NCBI RefSeq assembly: GCF_964355755.1 | Contig: NC_092674.1 | Location: 19,840,001 to 19,904,000 of the forward strand | Direction of reading: 5' to 3' | DNA: 64,000 nucleotides | DNA from: Antedon mediterranea | Lineage: Eukaryota; Animalia; Echinodermata | In this document: positions 1 to 12,895 of the stretch, piece after piece | Layout: each line of letters starts with the position of its first letter | Numbering within the stretch: the stretch's first letter is position 1 | Position numbers and translations under genes: made by a program | Notes under the pieces: model-generated | Database searches by the model: none | Told to the model about the DNA's origin: nothing | The model's input: only the letters and a program-made list of their open reading frames with translations

Positions 1-19
1 ATTTAAGTGTGTTGGGGGA

Positions 20-1068
20 TGTGTGTGACCGAAACGGCCGCCGACTGAAACGGCCGCCAACATTTTCTATATGGGACGCCAATACCGCTAAACTGCTTCA
101 ACAAGCCAATGCAGTATTATAAACGTTATGTCTAAAGATACGGTACCGTATCCATACTTTTAAAAACTAAAGGTACGGTAATTATAGAGGGCGCTATGTA
201 ATTTGGATGTTAATCAAATAGGTTATTGCATTGGTTTTCTGCAAGCCAGCTGTGTAGCCTAGTGGGCATGTGGTGAGGCTTTGGCTTAAGGGGTTGTAGG
301 TTCGATACTCTTCTTGACGTCTTTTTTTTATTTTTTTTTTTAGTTTTAAATTTAAGAGAGATTATTTAGAGAGTTAGGTTTTTAATATTTAGGAAGGAGT
401 TTAATATTTAGGAAGGAGTTTTATATTTAGGAACGAGTTTTATATTTAGGTACGAGTTTTAGGAATGCAATTTTACCGTACTTTTAGCAAACGGAAGCGC
501 CCTCTATAATTACCGTATCTTTAGTTTTTAAAAGCATGGATACGGTACCGTATCTTTAGCAACGGCGTATTATAAACGTACAGTAAAACCTATGAAACCA
601 CGATGGAGGGACAAATAAATGAAACCAACCAATAGGCCTAGCCTATATGTTTAAGAATAATCAAAGAATAAACATATTTTTTGGTTAAGTTTTTATTAAA
701 ATAATGTTTATTATAATAATTCACCATTCTAAATTTATTTAACGTATTCAAACAAATAGGTCTAGGCCTACTCTTATATCAATTATTGAAGTTGAAATAG
801 GCAAAACAGTCGGCGGCCGTTTTTAATAATATATTTAATGTAATGTAAAATAAAAATAATGATAATTAAAAACATCTATCTGTTAATATTTATTAAGTCA
901 CATACGTCTAAAGTCATTTCAATCGGAAAAAAAAGTAAAACAATTGTATTAAACCCCACGTCGTTTTGATTACACGTTGTATGATAAACGGCACACGCGG
1001 CGTTTCATACATTCAATTGTGTTTTAATTGGCGGCCGTTTCATTCGGCGGCCGTTTCGGCTGTAAACC
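20..1068. mobile_element. Non-autonomous foldback/MULE-like DNA transposon with GC-rich subterminal repeats
   Basis: Left CCGAAACGGCCGCCGACTGAAACGGCCGCCAA (29-60) is the inverted copy of TTGGCGGCCGTTTCATTCGGCGGCCGTTTCGG (1028-1059). Flanks TTGGGGGA (12-19) and TTGGGGGT (1069-1076) form an imperfect 8-bp TSD. Superfamily is inferred. Confidence 0.7.
124..567. mobile_element. MITE (Mutator-like, 9-bp TSD) nested in the 20-1068 element
   Basis: About 70-bp TIRs (CTAAAGATACGGTACCGTATCC...TAATTATAGAGGGCGCT and its inverse) with perfect TSD TATTATAAA at 115-123 and 568-576. Same terminal motif as the 48689-49731 element. Interior has a tRNA-like A/B-box stretch and about 4 copies of a ~19-bp TTTATATTTAGGAAGGAG repeat. 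Confidence 0.85.
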
Positions 1069-1107
1069 TTGGGGGTCACTGAAAGCATGCTTGAAGTCAA
1101 TGTAGTG

Positions 1108-1789
1108 CACTTGTCAATTGTATGACCCACTATACGACCCCCGGGAGAGGTGCGTCATTTGTCCGATGTGCGTCATACTTTTGAATACCAAGACGCACCT
1201 GTGCGTCAAAAAGGTGACTTACCTTAAAGCCAATTTTCCACTAGGCGAATTTGTTCGCGCGAATCGAAAGCGCCAGCTTGTACGCATGTGTATCAGGGAA
1301 TAATTTCGCCAGTGTAGCATAGCAAAAAGCTATACAAAACAACCTTATTGCTACACATTTCTAAAATTGTATAGCAAAAAAGACAATACAAAACTATGTT
1401 TCTCGACTAAAAAATCAGTTTGATTAGCAATAATTGCTAAACAAAATTTTAAAATGAAATTTTTCCCTGTGTATTCATGTTTACATCTTCCAAATCCTAC
1501 TCTACGCATGCGTATTAGCTGACGCCTTCGATTCGCGCGAACAAATTCGCCTAGTGGAAAATCGGCTTTAGGTGACCATGACGCACCCATTTTGACGCAC
1601 TGTGACCATGTTGTTTATGATCAGATATGGTGGGTGGTAAAGTGACGGATATTGACACACCTTGTTCATTGATGTGACGTACTTTCTAGGTTTTTTGACG
1701 CACCCCAGCGTCAGTAATTATTTGTAAATGACGCACCCATGACGCACCTCTCCCGGGGGTCGTATAGTGGGTCATACAATTGACAAGTG
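1108..1789. mobile_element. MITE with ~50-bp TIRs (CACTTGTC...GACAAGTG)
   Basis: CACTTGTCAATTGTATGACCCACTATACGACCCCCGGGAGAGGTGCGTCAT at 1108 and its exact inverse ending at 1789. Many internal TGACGCAC repeats. Confidence 0.85.
1228..1567. mobile_element. PIF/Harbinger-type MITE nested in the 1108-1789 MITE
   Basis: TIRs AGCCAATTTTCCACTAGGCGAATTTGTTCGCGCGAATCGAA / TTCGATTCGCGCGAACAAATTCGCCTAGTGGAAAATCGGCT, flanked by TAA/TTA. The empty site is visible in the sister copy at 2021-2040. Confidence 0.85.
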
Positions 1790-1901
1790 CATAAATGGGA
1801 GTCTGCCGGAAATCCCCTACTGCATCTAGACCGGGGGTCCCCGAAAAGCTGCTAAAAAATCTGCACCAATTAGCCTAGATAGAGAGAGATACCACCTAAT
1901 A

Positions 1902-2110
1902 CACTTGTCAATTGTATGACCCACTATATGACCCCCGAACGAGGTGTGTCAATGTCCGTCACTTTACCACCCACCATCATAAACAACATGGTAACAGTAC
2001 GTCAAAATGGGTGCATCATGGTCACCTAAAGGTAAGTTACATTTTTGACGCACGGGTGCGTCATGGTATTCAATGGTATGACGCACATCGGACAAATGAC
2101 GCACGTATTT
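1902..2110 (-). mobile_element. Truncated second copy of the CACTTGTC MITE, lacking the nested insertion
   Basis: Starts with the same TIR. Interior matches 1160-1225 and 1570-1655 in inverted orientation. Confidence 0.75.
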
Positions 2111-3635
2111 TTTAATCACAGTTAATTACGAAACTAGTTCTATACCTGCAAGTGGATACCAGCTAAATGAGGTTTATGCAATAAAGGAAGATGATGTATG
2201 ACGATGATTTTTACGTTCAATATCCGCCACTCTTACGTGAGCATAGTTTTAGGATAATACTAATAAAATAAATTTACCGGGCTTATACGGTATGACTATG
2301 ATGTACAATGATAGGCCTTGATGTGAGAATAATAATGGATGGATAATAAAGGTGGACACGATTCTCAAAGAGGTAATCTTGCACTGATATTTAAACATTT
2401 AGATTTACGAACGGCGTACGGATGTGAGACACTGAGTGGTACTTAATTATTTACATTAAATGATTATAAATGAAAATAAAAGATATTCAAATTGAAAACT
2501 ATAGTATCGCCGACCTATATACCTAAATTATATACTAGTTCGTGTTTTTTTTTAAATAGGGAATCCCCGTCAGAAAAATAACGTACAGTTAATGGCTGCA
2601 CTATATATCATAGAAGGTGCATCCACGACATGGATATGATATATCTGCCACAGTATGCATAAGTATAAAAATGGATGCGCTGGCTATACATTGTAACAAT
2701 TATTGTTTTTAAATAAATTGTTCTCTTTTACGTAATTATTTGCATAATAAAAGACACAGACGTATATTCTCTATATAATATATTAATTACAGTACATAAT
2801 AAAATAGAGGTAAATTATTATATGCCTAATAAAATATTTAAACATGTTTAGAAATGGCCATTTTGAAAAGACACAGTCCTTCTCCGAGACCTGTGAAATA
2901 AACAAATTAAAAAAAATTTATAATAAATATTTATAATAACCAAATAAAAAATATCCACATAAATAATCTAGTTCCTAAAAAATATCAATTAAATCTATAT
3001 AAACAAAGAAAATGTATATCCCGCTAGCATGCATCTCGCTTCATACAAAATAGCGCGACCGATTTCAAACGCGACCGCTATCATCAAACGTATAGCTCTA
3101 GTGGCGCGCCATACAAAATACTGGCCCACCTAATTTGCCCATTGGCATCCTTATACCAATATCACCAACGACTGATTTAAAATGAAAACAAATTTGTTAG
3201 TTTTGGTTTTGTGGGAGGATTTTAGGTATTTCAAACAACTTTAGGATTTCAAAACTTTTTAGGGAATTCCGTATCTAGATCCATTTTAGACATGGGGTGA
3301 AACTTGACCCTGAGTAACAACAGCTTTTAAAGGGGGTTTGTTCAGACTCACAGCATTAAGGTAGCGTTATATCTACGCAAGGCGTACGGTAATCCGTGGC
3401 ATTAAAAGCCAAGGTGTTCAGACACAACGACCAACATTCCAATGCCTTGCGTTTAAAACATTCTAATCCGGTCAAAGCAGATAGAACTATATGTATACAT
3501 TCATGAAAATGCATAAAAGCTATTAGTATTACTGTACATCCTAACATTTTTTTTATTTATATAATATTACCTTCAAATATACTGATTTGTTCTTAGTACT
3601 TGTAGAATTGCAGTTTAATTCAAAATAATTTAAAA

Positions 3636-6600
3636 CTAGATTTGAACTCGTCACTTTGACGAGTTCGGGTTATCCGCGCAAATGCAACATGCACATACTT
3701 TAAACTATATGAACTTCGACAATTATTATGTCATCCTATGACATGAATTAAGTATGTTTAAAGTGCTGAATTGTACCGATTTTGTAGCATACAGCATATT
3801 ACATTATTTTACAGAATAAACTGTATATGTTATATACAGTGTAGCATAGACAAAATTACGAGACCCATCTTCTAAATCCAATTATTAACACGATGACGTC
3901 TTCAAATTGACATATAAAGATAACAATTTTAGAAGATAATTATCTAAATAATTACATTAAAACAAATTTGAAGAATTTTTGGGCACGTAAAAGTGAGATG
4001 CGCTCTATTTAATATGCTGAGCAATAACGAAAGAGTAAAAAATCCTATATTTTACATTCATGTGGCCATACGATGACGTCATAACATCCGAGGGGTAAAG
4101 ATTCTGCATGAATTCATATCTACAACATATCTGCTTACATATTAAAATAAAAAAATTGGGCGTCATGGGTGATCCTGAGGAGCTATAATAGATTAAAAAT
4201 AGGCATAATTTTGACAATGTTTTCACTTTTTCAACTAAAACGCGCGCAAATGGTCTAAATCAACGTGTTCGTATGACGTCATTTTAATTTGAAATGATGT
4301 CAATCTTTTTTTAAATGACTAGGAAAGGCTGTAAAATCATAATTCAAGAGAAAAACACATGATTTTCATGCTCCGTGCGCACCTTACGCGTAAACTTTTT
4401 CGCACGCGTGGAAATTCGACAATTATTATGCCATCCTATGACATGAATTAAGTATGTTTACAGTGCTGAATTGTACCTATTTTGTAGCATACAGCATATT
4501 ACATTATTTACAGAATACACTGTATGTTATATACAGTGTAGCATAGACGAAATTAATACGAGATCCATCTTTTAAATCCAATTATTAACACGATGACATC
4601 ATCACATTGACATATAAAGATAACAATTTTAGAAGATAATTATCTAAATAATTACATTAATACAAATTTGAAGAATTTTGAGCACGTAAAAGAGAGATGC
4701 GCTCTCGTTCAAACACAATGAACTTTTACGCAAGAGATGAAAATATGACTTTTTGAATTCAACTGGCCATATGATGACGTCACAACATCTGATTGGCAAA
4801 ATATTCACATCAATTCGTCCAATAGCTTCCAGAAAACGTTTTAATAACGATTATCACTTTTTAATCTGACGAGCTATAACAGATTGAAATTTACTGTAAA
4901 GATGAAAATAAGTGACCCAAGTTATTTACGTTTTTAGACATGATGACGATGACGTCATAAAAATTAAAATATTTTTAATTCATGCGAAAGATAGTTGATT
5001 GACGTAGACAATATTACAATTTCGGGGGAAATGGAATACGTATAAGCGAGATGCGCTTTGTTGAATGTGATAAGCAATAACGAAAGAGTAAAAAATCCTA
5101 TATTTTACATTCGTGGGGCCATATGATGACGTCATAACATCCGAGTGGTAAAGGTTCTACATGAATTCATATCTACAACATATCTGCTTACATATTAAAT
5201 TAAAAAAATTGGGGGTCGTGGATGATCCTGAGGAGCTATAATAGATTAAAAATAGGCATAATTTTGACAATATGTTGTCACTTTTGCAACTAAAACGCGC
5301 GCAAATGGTGTAAATCAACGTGTTCGTATGACGTCATTTCAATTTGAAATGATGTCAATCTTTTTTAAAATGACTAAGAAAGGCTGTAAAATCATAATTC
5401 AAGAGAAAAACACATGATTTTCATGCTCCGTGCGCACCTTACGCGTAATTTTTTTCGCGCGCGTGGGAATTTTTGACATGCTTAAAATGTCATGATCAGC
5501 GTAGAAAGTTGATTAGAAATTAATTTTGCGCATTTTGAAATTTTAAATGCGCGTGTGCGCGTAACTTCTTGTAAAACATGCCATTTTTAATCCATAGAAA
5601 GTTTGCCCATGATATGACTTAAATTTTCACCAAGTGTCAAAACAAAATAACTTTTGGTTTATAATCTATGACCAATCATTGAAATTCATAAAATCGTGCG
5701 TAAGTCACGTTGCGCAACTCTGACGTCATTCAAAATATGGAGGTGCACAACTTCAGGTAAATGTCCATATGATGAAAAAGTTATATATGATATAGTCACA
5801 AGCAATAGGGGATATGCTGCGCACAAAAATCCGGGAAAGAAAGAAGAAATAGACATGAAACTCGTCACTTTGACGAGTTTGGTTATCCGCCGCGCAAGTT
5901 GTGAAACATGAACGTTTAACGACGTACCTTTTAACATTAAGGGGATAGGTTGAGGCCAAAAGAAAGTGTTCACGTTAGCATTATGACCTACAGGCCGGAC
6001 AAGCAACTGACAAACAAACCAGAAAACGTAATAGAAATCACATATCTCCTAACAAAGATGAACGGCTCTGATACGAGAAAAACATTGTTTGCCGCCCTCT
6101 ATCCTGTAAAAATAACGTCTTATTTGGCCTGCTACATTATAGAAATAGGTAGGAAATAAACGATTTGGGCTATTCCATTACAGTCGGTATAAACAGTAAA
6201 ATCTGTTTACATATTACATACAGTGTAGATTTAGGTGAAATTAAGGGAGCCGCAATTTATTCAAAATTTTAACATGGCGACGGCATCAAAATGAAATACA
6301 AAGATAGCTATTTCGGAAGGATATTATCTCAGCAACAACATATTAGTGTGTAGAAGAAATTTGAATACGTGAAATATTTATGCGCGCTCTTTTAAATGTA
6401 TTGAATTATAATGCAAAAGATGAAAATACGACTTTTCTCATTTAACTGGCCATATGATGACGTCACAACATCCGATTGGCAAAATGTTTACATGATTTCG
6501 TATCTACTATTCAATAGCTTCCGGAAAACGTTTTAATTGTGATTGTCACATTTTATTCTTGCGAGCTATAGGGTCATTCCATGTCAAATCACCCAATGGG

Positions 6601-7135
6601 TTAAACCCTACTTTCTTCAAATTTGCTCAAATTTGGTTTTTGGATTATTTTTAGCTAAAAAACCTGAAATTTTTAATTTGAGCACCATACGACCAACGGT
6701 TCGCGTTACGCGCCGTCGTTTTTTTTGCGATTTTGCGCAAAATCGATGCGGCGGGCTATACTTAAATGACCGTATCTCCGTAACGTGTGGACCGATTTTG
6801 TTGTGACAGGTATCTTTGGAAAGCTAATTGTTAAAGCTATCCAAATCTTCTATTTACTTTTGAGATAGAACTATTTAAAAGATGTATAACTTATTCTATT
6901 CCATTTGACCTAGGATTTGACCTTGTGTGACAAATTTGTTTTAGATGAAATTTTGTGAAAATTATCTCCTACATGATATTTACATAATATAAAAAAATTG
7001 GAGATATATTATTTTTTGTTTGCTTTCTAGCTCATTTCAAAGTTGGCTTACTTCAACAATAAAAAATGCGGATAACCAAAAAAAAAAGATTGTGACAATA
7101 GCAAGGGTTTATCCGCCAAGTTTGGATAACCAATA
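3636..7135 (-). mobile_element. Non-autonomous Helitron/Helentron (DINE-like) composite with internal block duplications
   Basis: Minus-strand 3' end: subTIR GCGGATAACC, 10-bp hairpin (3644-3666), then CTAG|T. A second such end lies at 5850-5890. A 5'-type inverted pair GGTTTATCCGCC...GGATAACC lies at 7106-7131. Direct repeats: 3715-4005 with 4414-4705, 4019-4415 with 5072-5470, 4735-4880 with 6415-6570. Confidence 0.7.
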
Positions 7136-7316
7136 ATTATTTTACAGACAATTTACTGATAAATTCATAATTGATTTAAATTATGAAAATATCATATCAC
7201 TGACGCCAACTTTACTGTTCTTTTAAATTGAAAACCTAAAAGTACATTTGACAGATATTTCGCTGTTTTATACTACAGTAGGGACAAGTTATGTTGTTGC
7301 TGTCTGCTAAGTTTAA

Positions 7317-7914
7317 AGCTCAGGTACAGGCATGAATTTTAAATATAATATTTGGTTAATTGTACATAAATAAAATATTTGTAACAGAAATCGAGACGAA
7401 AAAACATGAATTTTCCTTAATATGGTCAAATACAAAATTTGGCAAAATTCTTCCATAAAAACCAGGAAGAATTTTTTTCAGTAGTTAGGTAGTTAACCTA
7501 ATGTAATAACATGTCTGGTGACTCCCTAGACGGTGAAAAAAGATGGTGGATATATGGTGGATAATTTTTGCTATAGCATGAAAATAAAAATCTGAAGAAG
7601 TTGAATAAAAATATCAGAAATGTAATATTCAAGTTATATTACTTATATTTAGTCATCTGATAACATTTTTTACCACACCGTTTATTTTTCATAGCTTTTT
7701 AAAATGCCTCTCTATTTACAAAATTTGTGTACAAAAAAATAGAGATTTTACTGTGTAATTTGAACTATCCCCCCACTGATAAGAAAGTGCTTATTTTCAA
7801 CAAGCTCGTGTAACACAAATAAAATCCCAAAAATTATGAAACATAGGGGAAACTATAGATCGATAATTATTGGAATGTATGATCAATATAAATGTTTTGC
7901 CCGCACCGGTCCTT
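7317..7914. mobile_element. Kolobok-like non-autonomous element
   Basis: TTAA|AGCTCAGGTACAGG ... CCCGCACCGGTCCT|TTAA: TTAA on both sides, AG..CT termini, degenerate TIR. Confidence 0.45.
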
Positions 7915-9984
7915 TAAAATCACTGATACATCACTGGATTAGAGTTATTAAATCTACCCTCTCCTGCTAGGGTTATTAACGTCACTCACTGGCAGTGGCA
8001 GTAACAGTAACAGCTCCCTAACGCTAATCCGCGGCCTAGTTGAAACACAAAAATATGTACGCCGCTTACATACAGTAACGTCACCTTAACGCTGTGAGTC
8101 TGAACACACCCTTAGTAACAGTGTGGCATGAATCAATTGTACAGTAGGTGGTGGTTTTTATTCGAAATGAGAGGTAAAATACAGTAGTTTTGTACCCTGA
8201 CGTGCATGCCGGAGCATCATCATAACCAAGAATATCTTCCATGGTTTTACAAAGTTTACAACTCAATTTACTGTACTGTACCTAGTGATAAATCCTGAAT
8301 ATTCACCTATGTGACCCCAAATAAACTGTGATCTATATACAGTGAACTAAGAGTAGTGAATTTACCCCCTTAAATTGATTAAACTTATCTGCTGTGGATT
8401 ACTGTACATTCTTGCATTGTAATGATGCAATTCACTGCACCTAATTATCTACAATGCTTAAAAGCATTCAAATATTTGATAAAGAAAAGTATCAAATGTG
8501 ATTGATAAAAAATAAATTGTTTTTACCTAAATAGGTATGTTTGATTTGAGTGGTTGTTGCAATCTAAATGGGCTATTGTGATAACAAAAACACACAAATC
8601 AGCACAATAGCAATAGATAAACTCCAATAGATTATGTAATATGTAACATTAGGTTGAATGAACGAATAAAGTACAAGATTAAAGACCATGCATTCCCTAC
8701 AATTTGTGACGTTTTGTAAAAATAATGCATATATTACTTTAAAAACATTAAACGAGGTCATTCCTTGTCTTAAATGTACGTTTTATAGTAAATTATGATA
8801 AAAAGAGAGAAACAATGCACTACCTAGCATAGGCTTAGTTTGAAGTCTAGCTGGTAAACATTGGTAACATACGAACATCGTACGCTAGATAGGCCTAGCT
8901 TGACATTGTATAATTGCTGCATTAATTATCTTTCTGTTTTTGCCAGACTTCGTTGATACAAATTGAGAGAAACAAGTATTTTCGCTAAAAAGATAGGAGT
9001 CTCTCATCTTTTGGCCTCACGATCGATCAAAAAGTGGGTGAATTACAGACGAAAAACAAAAATATCAATCTGCGCGCAATGCATGTTGGGATTTATAGCG
9101 GGCCGCTAAAATTATTAGAAACGCCTTATGTTCACATTTTTAACCATTTAAAGATGAACAAATTTATCTCAATATCTCAATAATATGTTTGTGACTGTCA
9201 CAAACTCCCTTTATGTATGTTTTCGAGCGGTAGAAAATACTTTAGGAACTCCCTTGTGACATTAAAAGTATACACAAAAAATCCACAAAGTTGTAAAATA
9301 ACTCAAAACAAAGCTTTAATTTCAATTAACTTCAACTTTTAACAATCCAGTAAGCACTTTAAACAACAGCTTCACAATAACTTTTACAATCGAATATCCA
9401 ACAACCTTACAATAGTTTTACATCCTTTTATAATACAAGATGTTCCTATCCTTCTAGATTGTTCTTTATACACAGCCGTCGCCGTAAATTGCTGTGACGT
9501 TACAGGTACATTGCAAAATCTACTTAATGAGTCCAGATAAGAAAAAGTAACAATAAAAAAAATCAACATTTATAATTACTAATTTTATGATTTATTTACA
9601 AAGTGTGTTTACTAGAAATTTTCGCAATTTGCCAGACTTTTCCAGAAATCTCATTGACATACATTTTGCGATGCACCTGTGACGTCACAACAATTTGCGT
9701 GTGCGGCGATATCCTTAATCTCGCAATGGTTCTGAAATCATATGTACTGTTATACCTAATAGGTTGTTAAATTATGGTCCTCGGTCAAGTTGTCCTTTAA
9801 ATTAGATCTAAAAAACGTAGGGTATGGGACTTTAAACTTGTTGAAGATACAGTACTTTGATTTTTCTTTAGAAACCATTGAAATATGGGGAAAAAAAATG
9901 ATAAAATACATACTTCTCAGATGGAAGTCATTTGTAATTGATTTATTAGGTTATGCATTATACAGTAACCTTATTGATTTTATC

Positions 9985-10470
9985 AGAATCTTTATTTTAT
10001 TCTTTCCTTAGCACTATCTGTCCTCTTTATTTTATTCTTTCCTTAGCACTATCTGTCCGTCAATTATCTTGAGATCAATTTCACCTAGCTACACTGTACG
10101 TCAATTTTTCAGAGTATATTCCTTATGACCACGAATCGATATGGATATCTTGTCACGGTGCGTAATCAAAAATTACGCGGCCTATGCACGATTTAACAAA
10201 ATCACGTTTGTAATCATATTTTTACAAGCATATTATAATTAAACAAAATTTTGTACTCATAAATTTTAGGTCATACATCCGTAACGTAAAGAACGCATGC
10301 ATACGCTTAAATGTTTGAAAATTGTCAAAATTTATTTTCGATACAATTCGAGTACGTTTCAGGCAATTTTAAGCATTTAAAAAATTGCCATGAGTGCGAA
10401 GAAAAACCTTAATAATACACACTCTTTTTCACTCGATCTCTGTTTTACAGCCTTTCTTTAGTAATTACAG
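9985..10470 (+). mobile_element. Diverged fragment related to the 3636-7135 Helentron family
   Basis: TTTTACAGCCTTTCTTTAGT (10443-10462) matches the inverse of ACTAAGAAAGGCTGTAAAA (about 5373-5391). Begins with a duplicated ~35-bp TTTATTCTTTCCTTAGCACTATCTGTCC. Confidence 0.4.
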
Positions 10471-12895
10471 GACACCATATTTTATTCACTTTTCAACTTG
10501 AAACCACATTAAAAGTGACAGGCTATGCATGTGTAAGTTAACAAAAGGGTACCGGTAATGTAATAGTCTTTTTACACTAAAGTGATTACTGCATAGTAAA
10601 TACATGAAAGGAATCTTTCTTTAACTTTTAGTTAGTTGTGTATGGCTCGATGGTCTGTGCTCGCATAGATCTATAGAATTCATTCAAGGTACCGAAATCA
10701 ACTTGGGAAACAAAACGAAATAAGATTTGTTTTTTGAATATATGTTGTTTGTTAAATTTTATTTCTTGTATAGATTATCCGCATGGTTTATAATGAAATC
10801 TAGATCTCTTTTTTATTATATAAAAAGAGTGGTTTATGACATACGAATTAGGGATCTTTGATCAGATTGTGATACCGGCTATTGTATTTGAGTTAGCAAG
10901 ATCCTATTTTTCATATATTATAAATAATTAAAGATTCTGACAAAATCAATTAATCAATATATCTTTTAAAAATCAATTATCTTTATTTAAATCAATGCAT
11001 ATAACCTATAACTCGTCATAGTGACAAATTAAATCTAGTTTATAATGGTATAACTTTTATCCTATTGTTTTTGTGTCTGCAGTACAGACATAAATAAATT
11101 GCACAGTTAAAAAGATTACACAATATTTTAATGTGTTTATTGACCTAATATTTCACAATAATACTTTCCTTAATTTGCTGTTCAGGAAAAGTAACCTACC
11201 CTCAAGTAGTATTGTCTGCTACTCAATCAGCCAATCAAGGCTTGGCTATTATATTCAACAGCAATGACACAATTAACATAATGTGATATTTTATTAGCAT
11301 TTGCTTGTTGACCATATAAACTATAAGATAATTTGGTTGATAAAATGATAGTTGCTTATAATTTGTTCGGTTATTCATTGGCTTTAAATTGTTTCAAACG
11401 TACACTAGCAATACAATCAAGGTAAAGTTATTGTCTTCCTTCATGTTTCTTCTACTTTCAAACTCTTGCTTTTTTTTCTTTCAATTTCTTATGATCTCTT
11501 AATTAGGGAATTTTGCATTCAACTTTGTTGCTGCTGATGTGAAATGTGCTTCCATATAATATGTTTTACGTTTTCTAATTTTAACAGTCCATAGTTTTTT
11601 TATTTCCTTTTTGAATGTTTTTTTCTGGAAAATAAAAAAAAAGTTTATGACATGACCCTCATTCTTTTTTAGGATCTTTCCAAATCAATCTGTAATAATA
11701 ATAGGGAAATTTCTAGTATAAAGCATCACATTTTTGTTTTTATTTTGTATTTTGTTTGTGTTGTATCTTAATATTTTACTTCTGTCAATTTAATCTTTTG
11801 TAATTGTATACTTTAAATTTTATAATACTATATATTATTAATTACTGTAGATTATAAACTAGACTGTAATTTGATGTCTTGTTTTATTTTCTTAGTCAAA
11901 ATTCTTTTCACAAATGTTGCCACAATTGTATTAATTTAAAATGTACATTGATCTTATTAATGTCATATAATGAAATTGTAAAACAAATTGACACAAGCTG
12001 TTTCATTGGAATTATTGGCTCAATTACTTGCTTTCATCCATTTACAGCTGCTGTTTGGTCTTTTAAATTGTAACTGTATTGTAGAGTAGTAATCCTTTTG
12101 AAATATTATACAATCTCATAATTGGAAAACAACCAATGATTGCAAGTAATTTTTACTTTCCCTGTATTTTACATACACTTAAAATGACTGATGACGTCAT
12201 TATTTTTAGTGCTTTTTTGGTTTAAATTTTGCAGTCCTCCTCCTGTGGTTAACCATCTTAAGGGTTATTCATTAAAAAAGGAAGAAATTTCGTAAACAAG
12301 TAAAATCAAAGTTTCTTTCGGATCTGGACACTTTCCGGTTAATTCTGTGTGTTTATATTGACCAGCTTGGTTAGACAACTCCGTCTTTGACCAAAACATC
12401 AAAAGATATTGCATTGACAACGACTTATTGCGGTTCAAATTTGTCCGCCGGAATGACGTCCATGGGATTACAAATATCCTGCGCAGTTTGTACTTAAATT
12501 CACGCCGTCAAGACCTTGATGTGTTTTGAAACTGATAACCAATCACATGCACTTACACAAACTGTATTTAACCACAGAGGCCTGAATGCTTAATGAATTT
12601 GCTTGTAAAAGCATGTTATGCCCAGAAGTCTTGGATATTCCAAATTCCAATGGAATATAAAATAAATTGTGAACCTGTAAGAAAAATAAAAGTGTACAAA
12701 CCATAAAAATGTATAAACAACTTTATTAAAAATGTTGCTTTTTCAGTTATCTTCTGAAATCAATGTCCTTAATTTTAAGAGGTAATTATTTTAAGATACT
12801 ATGCCAAAGGGTTAAATATGAACACTGCCAACATTCCTATAGACAAATTTGTTTTATTTTTTAGAAATCTTTGATACAAGCACTGCATAAACTAA

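Larger units (their letters stand above)
3331..8112. mobile_element. Harbinger-like element whose TIRs enclose a nest of younger elements
   Basis: AGGGGGTTTGTTCAGACTCACAGCATTAAGGTAGCGTTA (3331) is the inverted copy of TAACGTCACCTTAACGCTGTGAGTCTGAACACACCCT (ends 8112). These could alternatively be two solo ends. Confidence 0.6.

Noticed and set aside
248-320. Possible tRNA gene
   Set aside because: A/B-box-like motifs are present but I could not fold a convincing cloverleaf, and it is embedded in a MITE.
1118-6806. Short ORFs in the first 7 kb as transposase or Rep/helicase fragments
   Set aside because: They fall within MITE and Helentron non-coding repeats and show no DDE, HUH or helicase motifs.
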